DNA of 34,544 nt from a virus. Lineage: Duplodnaviria > Heunggongvirae > Uroviricota > Caudoviricetes. Below, piece by piece: positions 10,328 through 19,760 of the stretch. Where the stretch lies: IMG/VR virus record IMGVR_UViG_2529292736_000012; one strand, written 5' to 3'. Both the position numbers and the translations under genes were made by a program. The notes under the pieces were generated by a model, which was not told the DNA's origin, did not search any database, and saw nothing but the letters and a program-made list of their open reading frames with translations. How positions within the stretch are numbered: position 1 is the stretch's first letter; each line of letters opens with the position of its first letter.

Positions 10328-10762
10328 TCATTCCGGCACCGCAGCCACTCGCCCCCGTTCTTGCGTCAGCGATGCCGCCACAGCCATGTCGTGCATCTCT
10401 GTAGCCAGCGACAGACGCTGGAAGTCATCAACAGACAGCTTGCGCATCAGCGCCAGCGATAACGGGCCTTTGATGCAACCCACGCTGGCAATCTGTCGGC
10501 GCAGCATTTCCAGTCCCATCCGGGACGGGGAACTGACCAGCACCGGGCCTTCCTTGCTCATTACCAGCTTTTCAGCAGCCGCCTGGGCATCAATCAGATC
10601 GCCTGCGGTCAGTTCACGTAGTGTCACGTCATACTGCATTTCAGTCTCGTCACCGGTGCCGAACGGCAGGCCGTCTTTCAGTTTCAGACCACCGGACTGA
10701 AGCTCAGCCACAATGCTGTCATGCAGTTCCTGTGCTTCAGGACTTAAATTCATTTCGTCCAT
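10328..10762 (-). CDS. Y: Mu gp41 (Y)-like tail assembly protein
   Basis: 144-aa acidic ORF between tube and tape measure genes. Confidence 0.65.
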   Translation of the reverse strand: MDEMNLSPEAQELHDSIVAELQSGGLKLKDGLPFGTGDETEMQYDVTLRELTAGDLIDAQAAAEKLVMSKEGPVLVSSPSRMGLEMLRRQIASVGCIKGPLSLALMRKLSVDDFQRLSLATEMHDMAVAASLTQERGRVAAVPE

Positions 10763-10771
10763 TGTTTCCCC

Positions 10772-11128
10772 TTATGCAATGCGTTTGCTTTGTTTTGCCA
10801 TCAGTACCAGCGAAATTTCGCCGCCGTCGTTTTTCGGTTCATCTGCCTGCCAGGCATTCGCCATCATCCAGGTTTCACCGGTGTCTGCCTGAAACTCTGC
10901 CGTGATGTTTTCCCAACCGATGATTTCATCCAGACCGATATCACCACCGCCCGGAATTTTGCATTCCAGCTTTGCGGCACGTGGTTTACCTTTCCAGCCA
11001 TAAACCCGCGAGCCGGTCACTTCTTCACGGGTGATGCCGGAAGGCGTGAAGGAGGCGCCTTCCATCGTTTCAAGCTCCATGCCATTGACACGGATGAACG
11101 CCACCCCCTGACGCTGATTTCCAGCCAT
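10772..11128 (-). CDS. M: Tail tube protein (Mu M, gp40)
   Basis: 118-aa ORF immediately after the sheath gene. Confidence 0.8.
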   Translation of the reverse strand: MAGNQRQGVAFIRVNGMELETMEGASFTPSGITREEVTGSRVYGWKGKPRAAKLECKIPGGGDIGLDEIIGWENITAEFQADTGETWMMANAWQADEPKNDGGEISLVLMAKQSKRIA

Positions 11129-11137
11129 AAATGCTCC

Positions 11138-12625
11138 TTACAGAATGAACTGAACTTGTGCCGCGAAAATGCGGAACTGGTTAATCAGATTCGGGCCGCA
11201 CAGCACATCAAGGCGGTCTTTGTCGTCCTTGTTACGTGCCACATACAGCTCCTCTTTGAACGTGTCGAAATCCTCGACCAGTCCGGCGTTTTCCCATTCT
11301 TCAAACAGTGCCAGCAGCTCCGTTTTGATCACGGATGGCGTCACCACGGCCTGACCGGTGGCAAAGCGGGTGCCATCACTTGCCAGTTTGTAGTTCGGGA
11401 ATTTCTGCGTGATGCGGGTTCGCAGCGAATAACGCAGATAACTCAGCGTGGCGATGGTATTCACGTTCAGATAAGACGGATCACTGTCACCGTACTTGTT
11501 TGTGCGGTACATCGTGATCATGCGTTCAATCTGCATTTCACCACCATCATTCACGTTAAACGTGGAGATGCCGTCAAACAGCAGCGCATTACGTTCTGAC
11601 CAGGTGAAACGATCCCCCACCGCAGGCGGCATTCTTCCGGGCAACGTCAGCGTCTGGAGAGGACGCGCCGGGTCGATGGAAAGCGCCTGGCTGGCAACGG
11701 CACACAGTGTGGCGGCGTACAGATATGACGGTTCCGGTGCACCGGCAATCCCCATACAGGAGATCAGATGATCATTACGACTGACACCAAACGTGGAAAT
11801 ATCCCCATACGTGCCGGACAGCACTGTCACGGCAAAGCCATCAGCCTGATTGACCGGTCCCCAGCGTTCCTGCAATTCAGTGCGTAACAGATTCAGGTTC
11901 GGTTCATCGGTATAGGGCATCACAATATATTTGTATTGCAGATCGCCCATTCCCGCGATACTTGCGCTGATATCCGGGTTGCTGTTTTTCCCGGATGCGG
12001 CTTTGAATGCCGTGATAATCCCGTAAGGGGTGGTTTCACCCGCGTAATAGTTCCAGCGCACGTCCACGGCAGATAATGCACCTGTAAATTTTGCACTCAG
12101 AACCACATCTGCATGGGTGTCATCATCCCCGCTGTCTGCGCGAACTTCTGCCGTCACCGGTAAATCCGGCTGACCTTTGATTCGGGCAACCAGCAGGTCA
12201 GCCAGCGCCGCTCCCGTTGCACCTGCTGCGACAGATACCGCCAGTCGCTGACCGGCAATGTAAGTCACAAGCGAGCCGTTTTCGCCTGCTGTTCCTGACA
12301 GTGAAATTTCACCGACAGCAGCATTACCGGTGCCGTTCCCCTGCGGAATACACCACAGCTCCGCCACGCGGTTAGCGTTCAGGAATGCATCTGCCATCAG
12401 TGCCAGCATGGAACCCTGACCAAACGCCGCACTGGCCTGTGAGCCGGAACGGATACGGACAGGCACGTCTGGTGCCGCACTGGCTTTACTTCCGCTTTGC
12501 CCGAACATCAGCACGCGCTGACGGGGTGCCGGTGTTCCGCTGACGGCATTACTGTTATCAAATTCGATATACGTCAGAGGAACACGAACATCTGACGGGA
12601 TCGCGTTAAATGAAATATCGCTCAT
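11138..12625 (-). CDS. L: Contractile tail sheath protein (Mu L, gp39)
   Basis: 495-aa ORF; size and position match Mu L. Confidence 0.85.
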   Translation of the reverse strand: MSDISFNAIPSDVRVPLTYIEFDNSNAVSGTPAPRQRVLMFGQSGSKASAAPDVPVRIRSGSQASAAFGQGSMLALMADAFLNANRVAELWCIPQGNGTGNAAVGEISLSGTAGENGSLVTYIAGQRLAVSVAAGATGAALADLLVARIKGQPDLPVTAEVRADSGDDDTHADVVLSAKFTGALSAVDVRWNYYAGETTPYGIITAFKAASGKNSNPDISASIAGMGDLQYKYIVMPYTDEPNLNLLRTELQERWGPVNQADGFAVTVLSGTYGDISTFGVSRNDHLISCMGIAGAPEPSYLYAATLCAVASQALSIDPARPLQTLTLPGRMPPAVGDRFTWSERNALLFDGISTFNVNDGGEMQIERMITMYRTNKYGDSDPSYLNVNTIATLSYLRYSLRTRITQKFPNYKLASDGTRFATGQAVVTPSVIKTELLALFEEWENAGLVEDFDTFKEELYVARNKDDKDRLDVLCGPNLINQFRIFAAQVQFIL

Positions 12626-12828
12626 TTCGATTTACTCCGTTTTTTCGGCGCAGCGTCGGTATCATCCGCCGTGTTTTCGGTGCTCCCGACTTCAACCACA
12701 TCACCGGCTGCAAGGCGACGTATCCAGAAACTGTTACGGGGCTTTTCTTCTCCCTCAGACGCCAGTAATTTCATCGTGAGCGGGTCACGGATGGCTTTTC
12801 CCGCTGCGGGTTTAATTTTCAGCATCAT
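12622..12828 (-). CDS. Small hypothetical protein (Mu gp38-like)
   Basis: 68-aa ORF with 4-nt overlap to L; synteny. Confidence 0.55.
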   Translation of the reverse strand: MMLKIKPAAGKAIRDPLTMKLLASEGEEKPRNSFWIRRLAAGDVVEVGSTENTADDTDAAPKKRSKSK

Positions 12829-13360
12829 GATCCTTTTCCTGATTCACATTGATATGTGCGGCAAATTCCGGGGTTTCGTCCGGGAATTTCCAGGTCTGCC
12901 AGTGACGCTCGTAATCATCCAGCGAATCCATGTCCACCACAGACGGCAGCGGGGTAGTGCCACTGAACAGAACGCCGTAAAGCACCACACCGGCATTGAT
13001 ACGGTTGTCGTCACAAAGATTTCTGACCTGCGTCAGTCTCATCCCGGTGGTCGGGCCAAACGTCTGACCGTTAACACCGGCAATCAGTCGCTCCACAATC
13101 TGATAAATACCGGGCCGGTTTACCGGTTCCCCGTTCAGCAACTCCGCCACGACAAAAAATGCCCAGCGACTTTCAACTTCCCGACGCGTACGCCCCTCAC
13201 CACAGCCCATCCATGCCAGAAATACCGATGGCGGGGCCAGAAAGAGACGGTGCACATCCTCGTTAGTCCATGTGCCGGTAAGGGGTTCCACCTGCCGCAG
13301 GGTTGCCCCAAACAACTCACGAACGCGCGCCAGCAGTGCGGCTTCGGTTTCTTCCAGCAT
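12812..13360 (-). CDS. K: Mu gp37 (K)-like head-tail joining/tail completion protein
   Basis: 182-aa ORF; synteny. Confidence 0.65.
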   Translation of the reverse strand: MLEETEAALLARVRELFGATLRQVEPLTGTWTNEDVHRLFLAPPSVFLAWMGCGEGRTRREVESRWAFFVVAELLNGEPVNRPGIYQIVERLIAGVNGQTFGPTTGMRLTQVRNLCDDNRINAGVVLYGVLFSGTTPLPSVVDMDSLDDYERHWQTWKFPDETPEFAAHINVNQEKDHDAEN

Positions 13361-13785
13361 CAGATAAACCCCTTCTGTTTTCGTGAAAAAACAGGTGGAT
13401 CAGACTGAACCTGCACAAGATCCTCTCCCTCCGGCGAGGCTGCCGTTCTGCTTTCCACGCCGGGATCTGTTTTGCCATCGCGCACCTGTTCCAGCCAGCG
13501 CACCGTGTCCCTGTAAGTTGCGGTGATCTGCTCGGTGGGTTGTGATTCATTCAGATAAAACCAGGCCACCACGCAACACTGCCGTTTCAGCAGTGAGGGG
13601 ACGACGGTAAGCGGCAGAACAAAGCGCGCGGCGAGATAGCCATCAATAAAGGCCGAAGCATCTGCCAGTGCCTGTTCTGCCACGGCATCATCCGGCTGCC
13701 CGTCCGCTGTTTTAGGGCGGGTGAGAATATCCAGCCGCGTACGTGTATAGCGGGCGCACAGGTCATTTACCGTCGCGTAATTCAT
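13360..13785 (-). CDS. J: Mu gp36 (J)-like head completion protein
   Basis: 141-aa ORF; synteny. Confidence 0.65.
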   Translation of the reverse strand: MNYATVNDLCARYTRTRLDILTRPKTADGQPDDAVAEQALADASAFIDGYLAARFVLPLTVVPSLLKRQCCVVAWFYLNESQPTEQITATYRDTVRWLEQVRDGKTDPGVESRTAASPEGEDLVQVQSDPPVFSRKQKGFI

Positions 13786-14192
13786 GCATCCGCCTCAGCC
13801 AGCGCCGCTTTGATTTGCGCACTGCTCACCGGTTCCCCCAGCGCCGCACTGACGGCTTTCACTTTGGGTTCTCCCCCTGCGGTAAAGTGCTCCGGGTTTG
13901 CCTTATCCAGACCGGCAACGGTCGCACGGATACGGGTATTCAGATCGCCCACACCCAGAACGTCCAGCCCCCCAGCCTCAGCGAGCGTTTCTGCTGACGA
14001 TGCAGATACCACAGACAGCACGCTGTCGGCACGAATGATCGCCAGTTGTTCTTCGGTGACTTCCACGGTGTTTTCGCCACGCGTAAAGGCGATTCCGGCG
14101 CGGCGGTAGACCGGACGAAGGCATTTAATAATCGCCGTGCAAGTGATGCGAGAAGTGTCCAGCCGTTGTGAATTAAGCGAAGTGCCTGACAT
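13782..14192 (-). CDS. Mu gp35-like protein (possible head decoration/assembly)
   Basis: 136-aa ORF downstream of the major capsid gene. Confidence 0.6.
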   Translation of the reverse strand: MSGTSLNSQRLDTSRITCTAIIKCLRPVYRRAGIAFTRGENTVEVTEEQLAIIRADSVLSVVSASSAETLAEAGGLDVLGVGDLNTRIRATVAGLDKANPEHFTAGGEPKVKAVSAALGEPVSSAQIKAALAEADA

Positions 14193-14226
14193 AACACATG
14201 CTCCTCCTTTTCCTTTAAATCAGGTT

Positions 14227-14250
14227 AAAAGGCGGTCTGAACCGCCTTTT
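14227..14250 (-). terminator. Perfect hairpin (candidate intrinsic terminator/attenuator) just downstream of the major capsid gene
   Basis: AAAAGGCGGT-CTGA-ACCGCCTTTT, a 10-bp perfect inverted repeat with 4-nt loop, A/T tracts on both sides. Confidence 0.5.
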
Positions 14251-14258
14251 AATGACGG

Positions 14259-15176
14259 TTACAGGTAGTCAGCGACAACCAGTTGCAGCTTGCCCTTCAT
14301 CTCGTTGGAGACGGTGGTATTGCCATCCGCGAACAGTTCACGGTTAAGCAGTTGCTCTGCGGCTTTTTCCAGCCCGACCGGTACAACGATATGCGTCGGC
14401 TTCAGGCCCAGCTTCTTACCGCCATCACCTTCAAAAGATCGCATCAGTTGCCAGCCCTTCCAGAGGTTATCCAGCGTCAGATCGCCTTTTACCGCGACAG
14501 CCATCTGCCAGAAGCCGTAACCGGCAGCACGGCGGGCGCTGGCACCAAACAGGAACTCGTTATCCATAAAAACGTGGTCGTCATCGATACGGGTACGTGC
14601 GACCAGCTCCGGTTTGCGGCGCTCCTGGAAAATCAGCGGTTTGACTGCGCGGGAGCAGTCCAGCAGATAGAACGGCAGACCGCTGAAGCTGTCCTGCTCA
14701 ACGATGTTGGAGGTATTAACCGCGCTGCCCGTGCCGTCCACATTCGGATATACCGGATGCTCCTTGTCGAAGAAGTTCTGACCGTCATAGCACGGCTGGG
14801 TAAAGCCATCTTTCAGAAGTTTAAAAATCAGCTCATCCGGCTGAACTGCCGCAGAACGGCCCATCTCCTGAAAAATCGGCGCATAAATACCCAGATTGTC
14901 ATCCTCGAAGTCATCACGGGAAATACCCACGGTGCCTTCAAACGTTTTATTGGCGATGGAGTAGCCATGCGCTTCCATTTGCTGAATGGTTCGCTTACCC
15001 ACCCATTCTTTCAGGGTCGGGAATTTACCCAGCCAGCCATAGGTATTACTGCGGGTGGAAGAGTTCACCACCATTGCAATTTTGCTGTACTGCGACGGGG
15101 CGTCTTCAAGACCGCCCTGAAAATCCTTACGCCAGGAGGTCATCAGGGCTTTAATGGATGCCGGGGTGACAATCAT
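14259..15176 (-). CDS. T: Major capsid protein (Mu T, gp34)
   Basis: 305-aa ORF after the protease/scaffold gene; followed by a hairpin. Confidence 0.85.
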   Translation of the reverse strand: MIVTPASIKALMTSWRKDFQGGLEDAPSQYSKIAMVVNSSTRSNTYGWLGKFPTLKEWVGKRTIQQMEAHGYSIANKTFEGTVGISRDDFEDDNLGIYAPIFQEMGRSAAVQPDELIFKLLKDGFTQPCYDGQNFFDKEHPVYPNVDGTGSAVNTSNIVEQDSFSGLPFYLLDCSRAVKPLIFQERRKPELVARTRIDDDHVFMDNEFLFGASARRAAGYGFWQMAVAVKGDLTLDNLWKGWQLMRSFEGDGGKKLGLKPTHIVVPVGLEKAAEQLLNRELFADGNTTVSNEMKGKLQLVVADYL

Positions 15177-16258
15177 TTTTCTTGTTCCTGTTTCATTTTC
15201 AGATACTCAGCCTCAGTAATGCCGAGCGCCTTCACTGCTGCCTGTTCATCAGCAGACAGCACCGCCACCGCCGGTTTTTCCTGCGACGGGATTTTCGCTG
15301 TGGTGGTCTGCATGGCAGATAACGCAGCGATGGGCTGTTTTTTCTCAAGCTGTGCCGACAGTGCCGCCACGCCAATCTGACCGCCAAGCTGTTCCAGATA
15401 GGTACGTTCGCTTTTGAAAATGCGGCCTTCCTGTTCCGCCTTGTCCAGAACGGCGCTCAGGCTGGCTGTGGCGCTTTGTGCAGTCGCCTGTGCCAGTTCA
15501 TCACGCAGGGCGTTGTAGCTTTCCACAGGGACGTATTTCGTCAGGTCAACGGCGGCTTTCTGTGCCTTTTCCAGTTCGGCGGATAACGACGCCACTTTTC
15601 CGGCATCTGTTTCGAGCGCATCAAGCGCACTCAGGGCCGCGCTGGCCTGTTCATCGGTGATGTCTGCATTTTCGGGGACAGTCACCCCAAGACGCGCAAG
15701 CAGCTTGCGCAGCGTTTCATTCATGGGTTTGTTCTCCTGTTGAAGGATGTCGGGAAGGTCTGCCGCCAGTGCGGTCAGCTTTTTCATGCCGGTGGCACCG
15801 GGGTCATTGGTCAGCGCAGCAAGGCGGATTTGCAGCACCGCACCGGTGGCGGTGTCATACGGAAAAACCGCAGAGAGATAACCAAATTCGCCGTCATCGA
15901 TGCGCTGCTGGGCCGCCGCCGTCCAGCGTGGGTGGATAAATAACCCTTCACCTTCACGCCACTGCATTTCATCGGCGTTAAACCAGCCAGCCGCGACGAG
16001 TTGTTCCGGGGGTAATCCTTTGTCCTTACGTAGCTGGTTATGCTCGTAATCAATCAGCACGTCCTGGTTGAGCGCGCGAATGCCTTCAACCAGACGCCCG
16101 GCAATCTCACCGTCGATGAACCACCCCTGACCACCTGTCACATCAAACGGGCGACCATCACGGGCACTGAAATGACCGGCAGGCAATAGCTGGCACCAGC
16201 CGTCATCGTCAATGGACAGCGCATTCAGTGCGGCAATGCCAATCGCGTGTTTTTTCAT
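15173..16258 (-). CDS. I: Head maturation protease / scaffold protein (Mu I, gp32; Z from internal start)
   Basis: 361-aa ORF with N-terminal protease-like part and Ala/Glu/Gln-rich helical C-terminus typical of a scaffold. Confidence 0.85.
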   Translation of the reverse strand: MKKHAIGIAALNALSIDDDGWCQLLPAGHFSARDGRPFDVTGGQGWFIDGEIAGRLVEGIRALNQDVLIDYEHNQLRKDKGLPPEQLVAAGWFNADEMQWREGEGLFIHPRWTAAAQQRIDDGEFGYLSAVFPYDTATGAVLQIRLAALTNDPGATGMKKLTALAADLPDILQQENKPMNETLRKLLARLGVTVPENADITDEQASAALSALDALETDAGKVASLSAELEKAQKAAVDLTKYVPVESYNALRDELAQATAQSATASLSAVLDKAEQEGRIFKSERTYLEQLGGQIGVAALSAQLEKKQPIAALSAMQTTTAKIPSQEKPAVAVLSADEQAAVKALGITEAEYLKMKQEQEK

Positions 16259-16454
16259 GTCCTGCTGCTCATCATGGTTTGTGAGCAGTCAGTTTGCGGG
16301 AGGTGCGGGAAAATCTGGGGTTATGCTATTTGAGTAATGGAGAAAGAAAGTGAAAGGAAGATAAAACGGGATTCATACACCGTTAAATACCGGTTTAAAA
16401 ATCCCGTGGCGCGTTTTAAAAAATCTGTGCGGCTGATTTCATGTCTGATTCCGT
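16259..16454 (-). promoter_or_regulatory. G-I intergenic region: candidate late promoter for I and candidate Mu central strong gyrase site
   Basis: 196-bp non-coding gap in an otherwise tightly packed operon; motif TTCCCGCACCT shared with the region upstream of lys; inverted repeat ACGGGATT...AATCCCGT; located near the middle of the prophage. Confidence 0.5.
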
Positions 16455-16925
16455 TTATTGCCTCAGAGCGGCGCTGACGCGTTTTCTGATGGCATCAAAA
16501 ATTTCCTGTTCCCCGGTCTTATCCAGCCCCATATAAGGACGCGCAGGAACGCCTGCCGGGCGGGGTGCCATATCGGGTGTACCGCCCCACTGATGAATGG
16601 CAGCATAAATTTTTGGCGAACCAATCAGGGCATAATCCTGTCCATAATCGGTGGTAATGCTGCGTGCCAGATCGCCATGCAGGGTAAGAATACTGCCCGG
16701 AACAAAACCATGATCCTGACGCCATGCCTGCCACGAATCGCTCCACGCTTCCCAGCCTTTCCCTGTATCCGGGTCTGCCTGCCGTTCAAATGCCTGTTCC
16801 GTGGATGACAGCAGCGCCGCAGCCATCACACGGGGAATGGCGCGGTCACGTGTAACGGTTCCCAGTTCATCCAGTGCAAGCTGAATACGTCGCACATCCA
16901 CGGCAACGTTCATATCAAGACTCAC
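16455..16925 (-). CDS. G: Mu G (gp31) head protein
   Basis: 156-aa ORF; synteny. Confidence 0.75.
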   Translation of the reverse strand: MSLDMNVAVDVRRIQLALDELGTVTRDRAIPRVMAAALLSSTEQAFERQADPDTGKGWEAWSDSWQAWRQDHGFVPGSILTLHGDLARSITTDYGQDYALIGSPKIYAAIHQWGGTPDMAPRPAGVPARPYMGLDKTGEQEIFDAIRKRVSAALRQ

Positions 16926-18277
16926 TTATTCACCTCCACATGCCCCTCCAGTACGTCAATCATCCCGTCAGCAATCGCGGCTTCAAGCGACTGTGCAGAT
17001 ACGCGGCTGATACTGACCAGCACATCCGCACGGTCATTCTGTCTGCCGACTGTCTGTGATGTTCTGACCACAATCCGGGCCATGCCGTCACGGGTTGCCA
17101 CAACATACAGCAACTGGTGGTTCTCCCTGTCCCACAATACCGCCTGTGGTTTTGCCATCAGCGACGGCAGACGCTGTAAATCCTCCGGTTTCAGGGCGGC
17201 ATCAGAAGTGGTCGCCAGACTTTTCCCGTTCATCACAAGCAGACGGGCTGGCATATTCCCGGTGCGCTGATATACGGCCTCCGCCACGGATCCCGTCATA
17301 AAACCCAGCGCACGGACCTCATGTCCTGCCCGGCGTGATTTCGCCAGACGTTTAAGCCAGAGGGAAAAAGCAAGCTGACGCTCCCGGCTGTTATTCAGCG
17401 TCTGAACAACCTGCTCACGCAGCTGCGCGTCACGAACTTCCACCAGTTTTCGAATCAGTGCCTGATCCGTACCAAATGCCGCCGAACCGGGGTTATATGA
17501 CCAGCCCACATCTGGCGTCATTTTTACCCGACCGTTGTCAAACGTGGTTGACGATGTGCGGAAAATCTCTCCGGTGCTTTCATCCGTACCGGCATCCACT
17601 TCGCGGGTATTCATGAATGACGCACCATAACTGACCTGTAGCCCCAGTTCTTTCATGCGGGCCGCAGACAGCGCCCGGACGCGACAGCGGCAGTTCCAGC
17701 CATTGGGCGGGTAATGCGTCTGCCAGAAAATGTCGTCATACTGGAAAACCATATTGTGCAGCCGCGCATGTTCCGGGCGTGTTCTGCCATCCATAACGGC
17801 AACGTACTGCCAGTACGGGTACAAATCGGCGGTATTCATCATCTGCGCATAACGTCCTGCCCCATACGCCGTACGGGTATTGACGTTATAAATGGTTGCC
17901 AGACGACGCGGACTGCCCAGTTCGATTTCCTTCGCGTTTCCCTCTGCATCCACGATGATTTGTTTTCCCCACCATCCGAGTTTTTGCAGCCGGGGGGCCA
18001 GTGTGCGGGTAAATTCCTCACGGGTGATGCCTTCACTGACAGCCCGCTCCACTTCCTCACGGATTGTGGTCAGGACATCCATCCGGGTGGCTTTGGCAAC
18101 GGTAAAGGCGCGGGCGTGCGCGTCTGCCAGTTGTTCGTACCAGTTCCAGGTGATGTTGTAGCCTTTGGCGCGGAAATACGCGACAGCCTCCTTTGGCGGG
18201 AGGCGTGCGGCATACGCCAGATCAATGGTCTGCTGCGGCATCCAGACGCCCCCATATATCGGCAACAAAAATGGCAC
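16922..18277 (-). CDS. F: Mu F (gp30) virion morphogenesis protein
   Basis: 451-aa ORF directly after portal gene. Confidence 0.8.
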   Translation of the reverse strand: MPFLLPIYGGVWMPQQTIDLAYAARLPPKEAVAYFRAKGYNITWNWYEQLADAHARAFTVAKATRMDVLTTIREEVERAVSEGITREEFTRTLAPRLQKLGWWGKQIIVDAEGNAKEIELGSPRRLATIYNVNTRTAYGAGRYAQMMNTADLYPYWQYVAVMDGRTRPEHARLHNMVFQYDDIFWQTHYPPNGWNCRCRVRALSAARMKELGLQVSYGASFMNTREVDAGTDESTGEIFRTSSTTFDNGRVKMTPDVGWSYNPGSAAFGTDQALIRKLVEVRDAQLREQVVQTLNNSRERQLAFSLWLKRLAKSRRAGHEVRALGFMTGSVAEAVYQRTGNMPARLLVMNGKSLATTSDAALKPEDLQRLPSLMAKPQAVLWDRENHQLLYVVATRDGMARIVVRTSQTVGRQNDRADVLVSISRVSAQSLEAAIADGMIDVLEGHVEVNK

Positions 18278-19760
18278 GGGTCAGCATGTCGATAAGTTCT
18301 GCATCATCCATCTGCGGATATAATGAAGCGGCTTTGTTCATGGCGGCTTCCGGGCCATCTTTCAGCACAGAAAAAATGACGGGTTTCAGCAGGGGGTCAA
18401 CCGAACGCTGCCAGTCTTCCGGTGAGACGCCCATCCGGTCGATATCATCCTCCTGCGGGATATCTTCAGCGGATAATGCGGCCTCTTTCTGCGAACCGTT
18501 ATCCGGGACAACCGGTTGTATAGTAAACACGGCTTCATCACCGACCGGCTGTGGAATATGAAGTTTTTCCTGTATCCAGGAGACCGGAATACGCATTCCC
18601 GCCGCCAGTTTCGGAATGGCGTCAGACAGTGCCGTAATATCACCCGCTTCACTGGTATCAAATACAATGCCCGGCAGGCGGTTAATATCAATGGTGCTGT
18701 CACTGTTCAGTGCCAGCAGGGGATAAATCAGGTCACGGTTAATACTGCGGGCAAGCTGGCCCACATCCGCATTACGGATTTCCCGGCGAACCTCATCATG
18801 CACTTCACCCAGCGACCGCGCACCTTTATCGCCAGCCTCTGTGGTCAGGGTGCCGCCCAGAATGGCTTTTGAAATCGCTTTTTCTGCCCAGCCAATCATC
18901 GCCATAAAAGGGTCTGACTGACCATCTGCGGCGCTCTGAAAATCCAGCGTCATCCCCATCGGAATAATGCCACCGGCACGTCGCCCGATATCCATCACGG
19001 CCTGCATCAGCGTGGCTTTCTCGCGGTTCGTTGAGCCGGTCGGATATTTACCGACGCGCATGGGGAGTCCGTAAATTTCCAGAAACTCTGCAAAATCACG
19101 CACGGAATAGTTTTTAAAAATAAAAGGCCAGATAAGCGTGCGCACAAGGCCATTGGTGCCGACATACCCGGTGCGGGATTTGGCCCGGTGCATAAACCAG
19201 CCGAACGGTTGCAGCTCCAGCCCGTGATAAGACGCATCACGCAGGCGTAATTCGTTCAGATTGTCGGGGTTCGCGCAAAATAGCGCCGGATCGCGATGAT
19301 GCAGCGCCACCGGCACGCGCATTTTCCCCAGCCAGCCCCATTCAATCTCCTGCATGGAATAGCCCTTGAGAATGGCATCACCGGCATCAAACAGGGCATC
19401 TTCAAACCACGCCGCATCATGCAGATATTCATTCAGCATGTCGGCGTCTTTTTTCTCCTGTGCGCTGGCATCACGTGCCGGAGCGATGCGCCATTCCAGC
19501 GCCTGAATGGCAAGGCGGCGTTTGCTCAGTTCGGAAAAAAGGTGGGTGTCCTTTTCTTCCATATCAAAGGCCAGGTCAGCCTGTGCTGTCAGATCACCGC
19601 GTTCGGCATCACGCAGCATCTGCGCGGCCCGGTTCGGCGTCACACCACTGGAAGGATGCTCCTGCGTACGCTTCATGACCATTGCCAGCTCATCGCTGCG
19701 GGTCTGCATTTCATCGTCAAAATCAAACGGCTGCCCGGAAATATCCAGAATACGGCCCAT
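18222..19760 (-). CDS. H: Portal protein (Mu H, gp29)
   Basis: 512-aa ORF directly after the large terminase gene. Confidence 0.85.
   Translation of the reverse strand: MGRILDISGQPFDFDDEMQTRSDELAMVMKRTQEHPSSGVTPNRAAQMLRDAERGDLTAQADLAFDMEEKDTHLFSELSKRRLAIQALEWRIAPARDASAQEKKDADMLNEYLHDAAWFEDALFDAGDAILKGYSMQEIEWGWLGKMRVPVALHHRDPALFCANPDNLNELRLRDASYHGLELQPFGWFMHRAKSRTGYVGTNGLVRTLIWPFIFKNYSVRDFAEFLEIYGLPMRVGKYPTGSTNREKATLMQAVMDIGRRAGGIIPMGMTLDFQSAADGQSDPFMAMIGWAEKAISKAILGGTLTTEAGDKGARSLGEVHDEVRREIRNADVGQLARSINRDLIYPLLALNSDSTIDINRLPGIVFDTSEAGDITALSDAIPKLAAGMRIPVSWIQEKLHIPQPVGDEAVFTIQPVVPDNGSQKEAALSAEDIPQEDDIDRMGVSPEDWQRSVDPLLKPVIFSVLKDGPEAAMNKAASLYPQMDDAELIDMLTRAIFVADIWGRLDAAADH

Noticed and set aside
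10790-11599. 269-aa + strand ORF
   Set aside because: Antisense to the tail tube and sheath genes; no RBS; considered spurious.
14283-15380. 365-aa + strand ORF
   Set aside because: Lies entirely antisense to the major capsid and protease/scaffold genes, which have recognisable products; the protein is low-complexity and a typical GC-rich antisense artefact.
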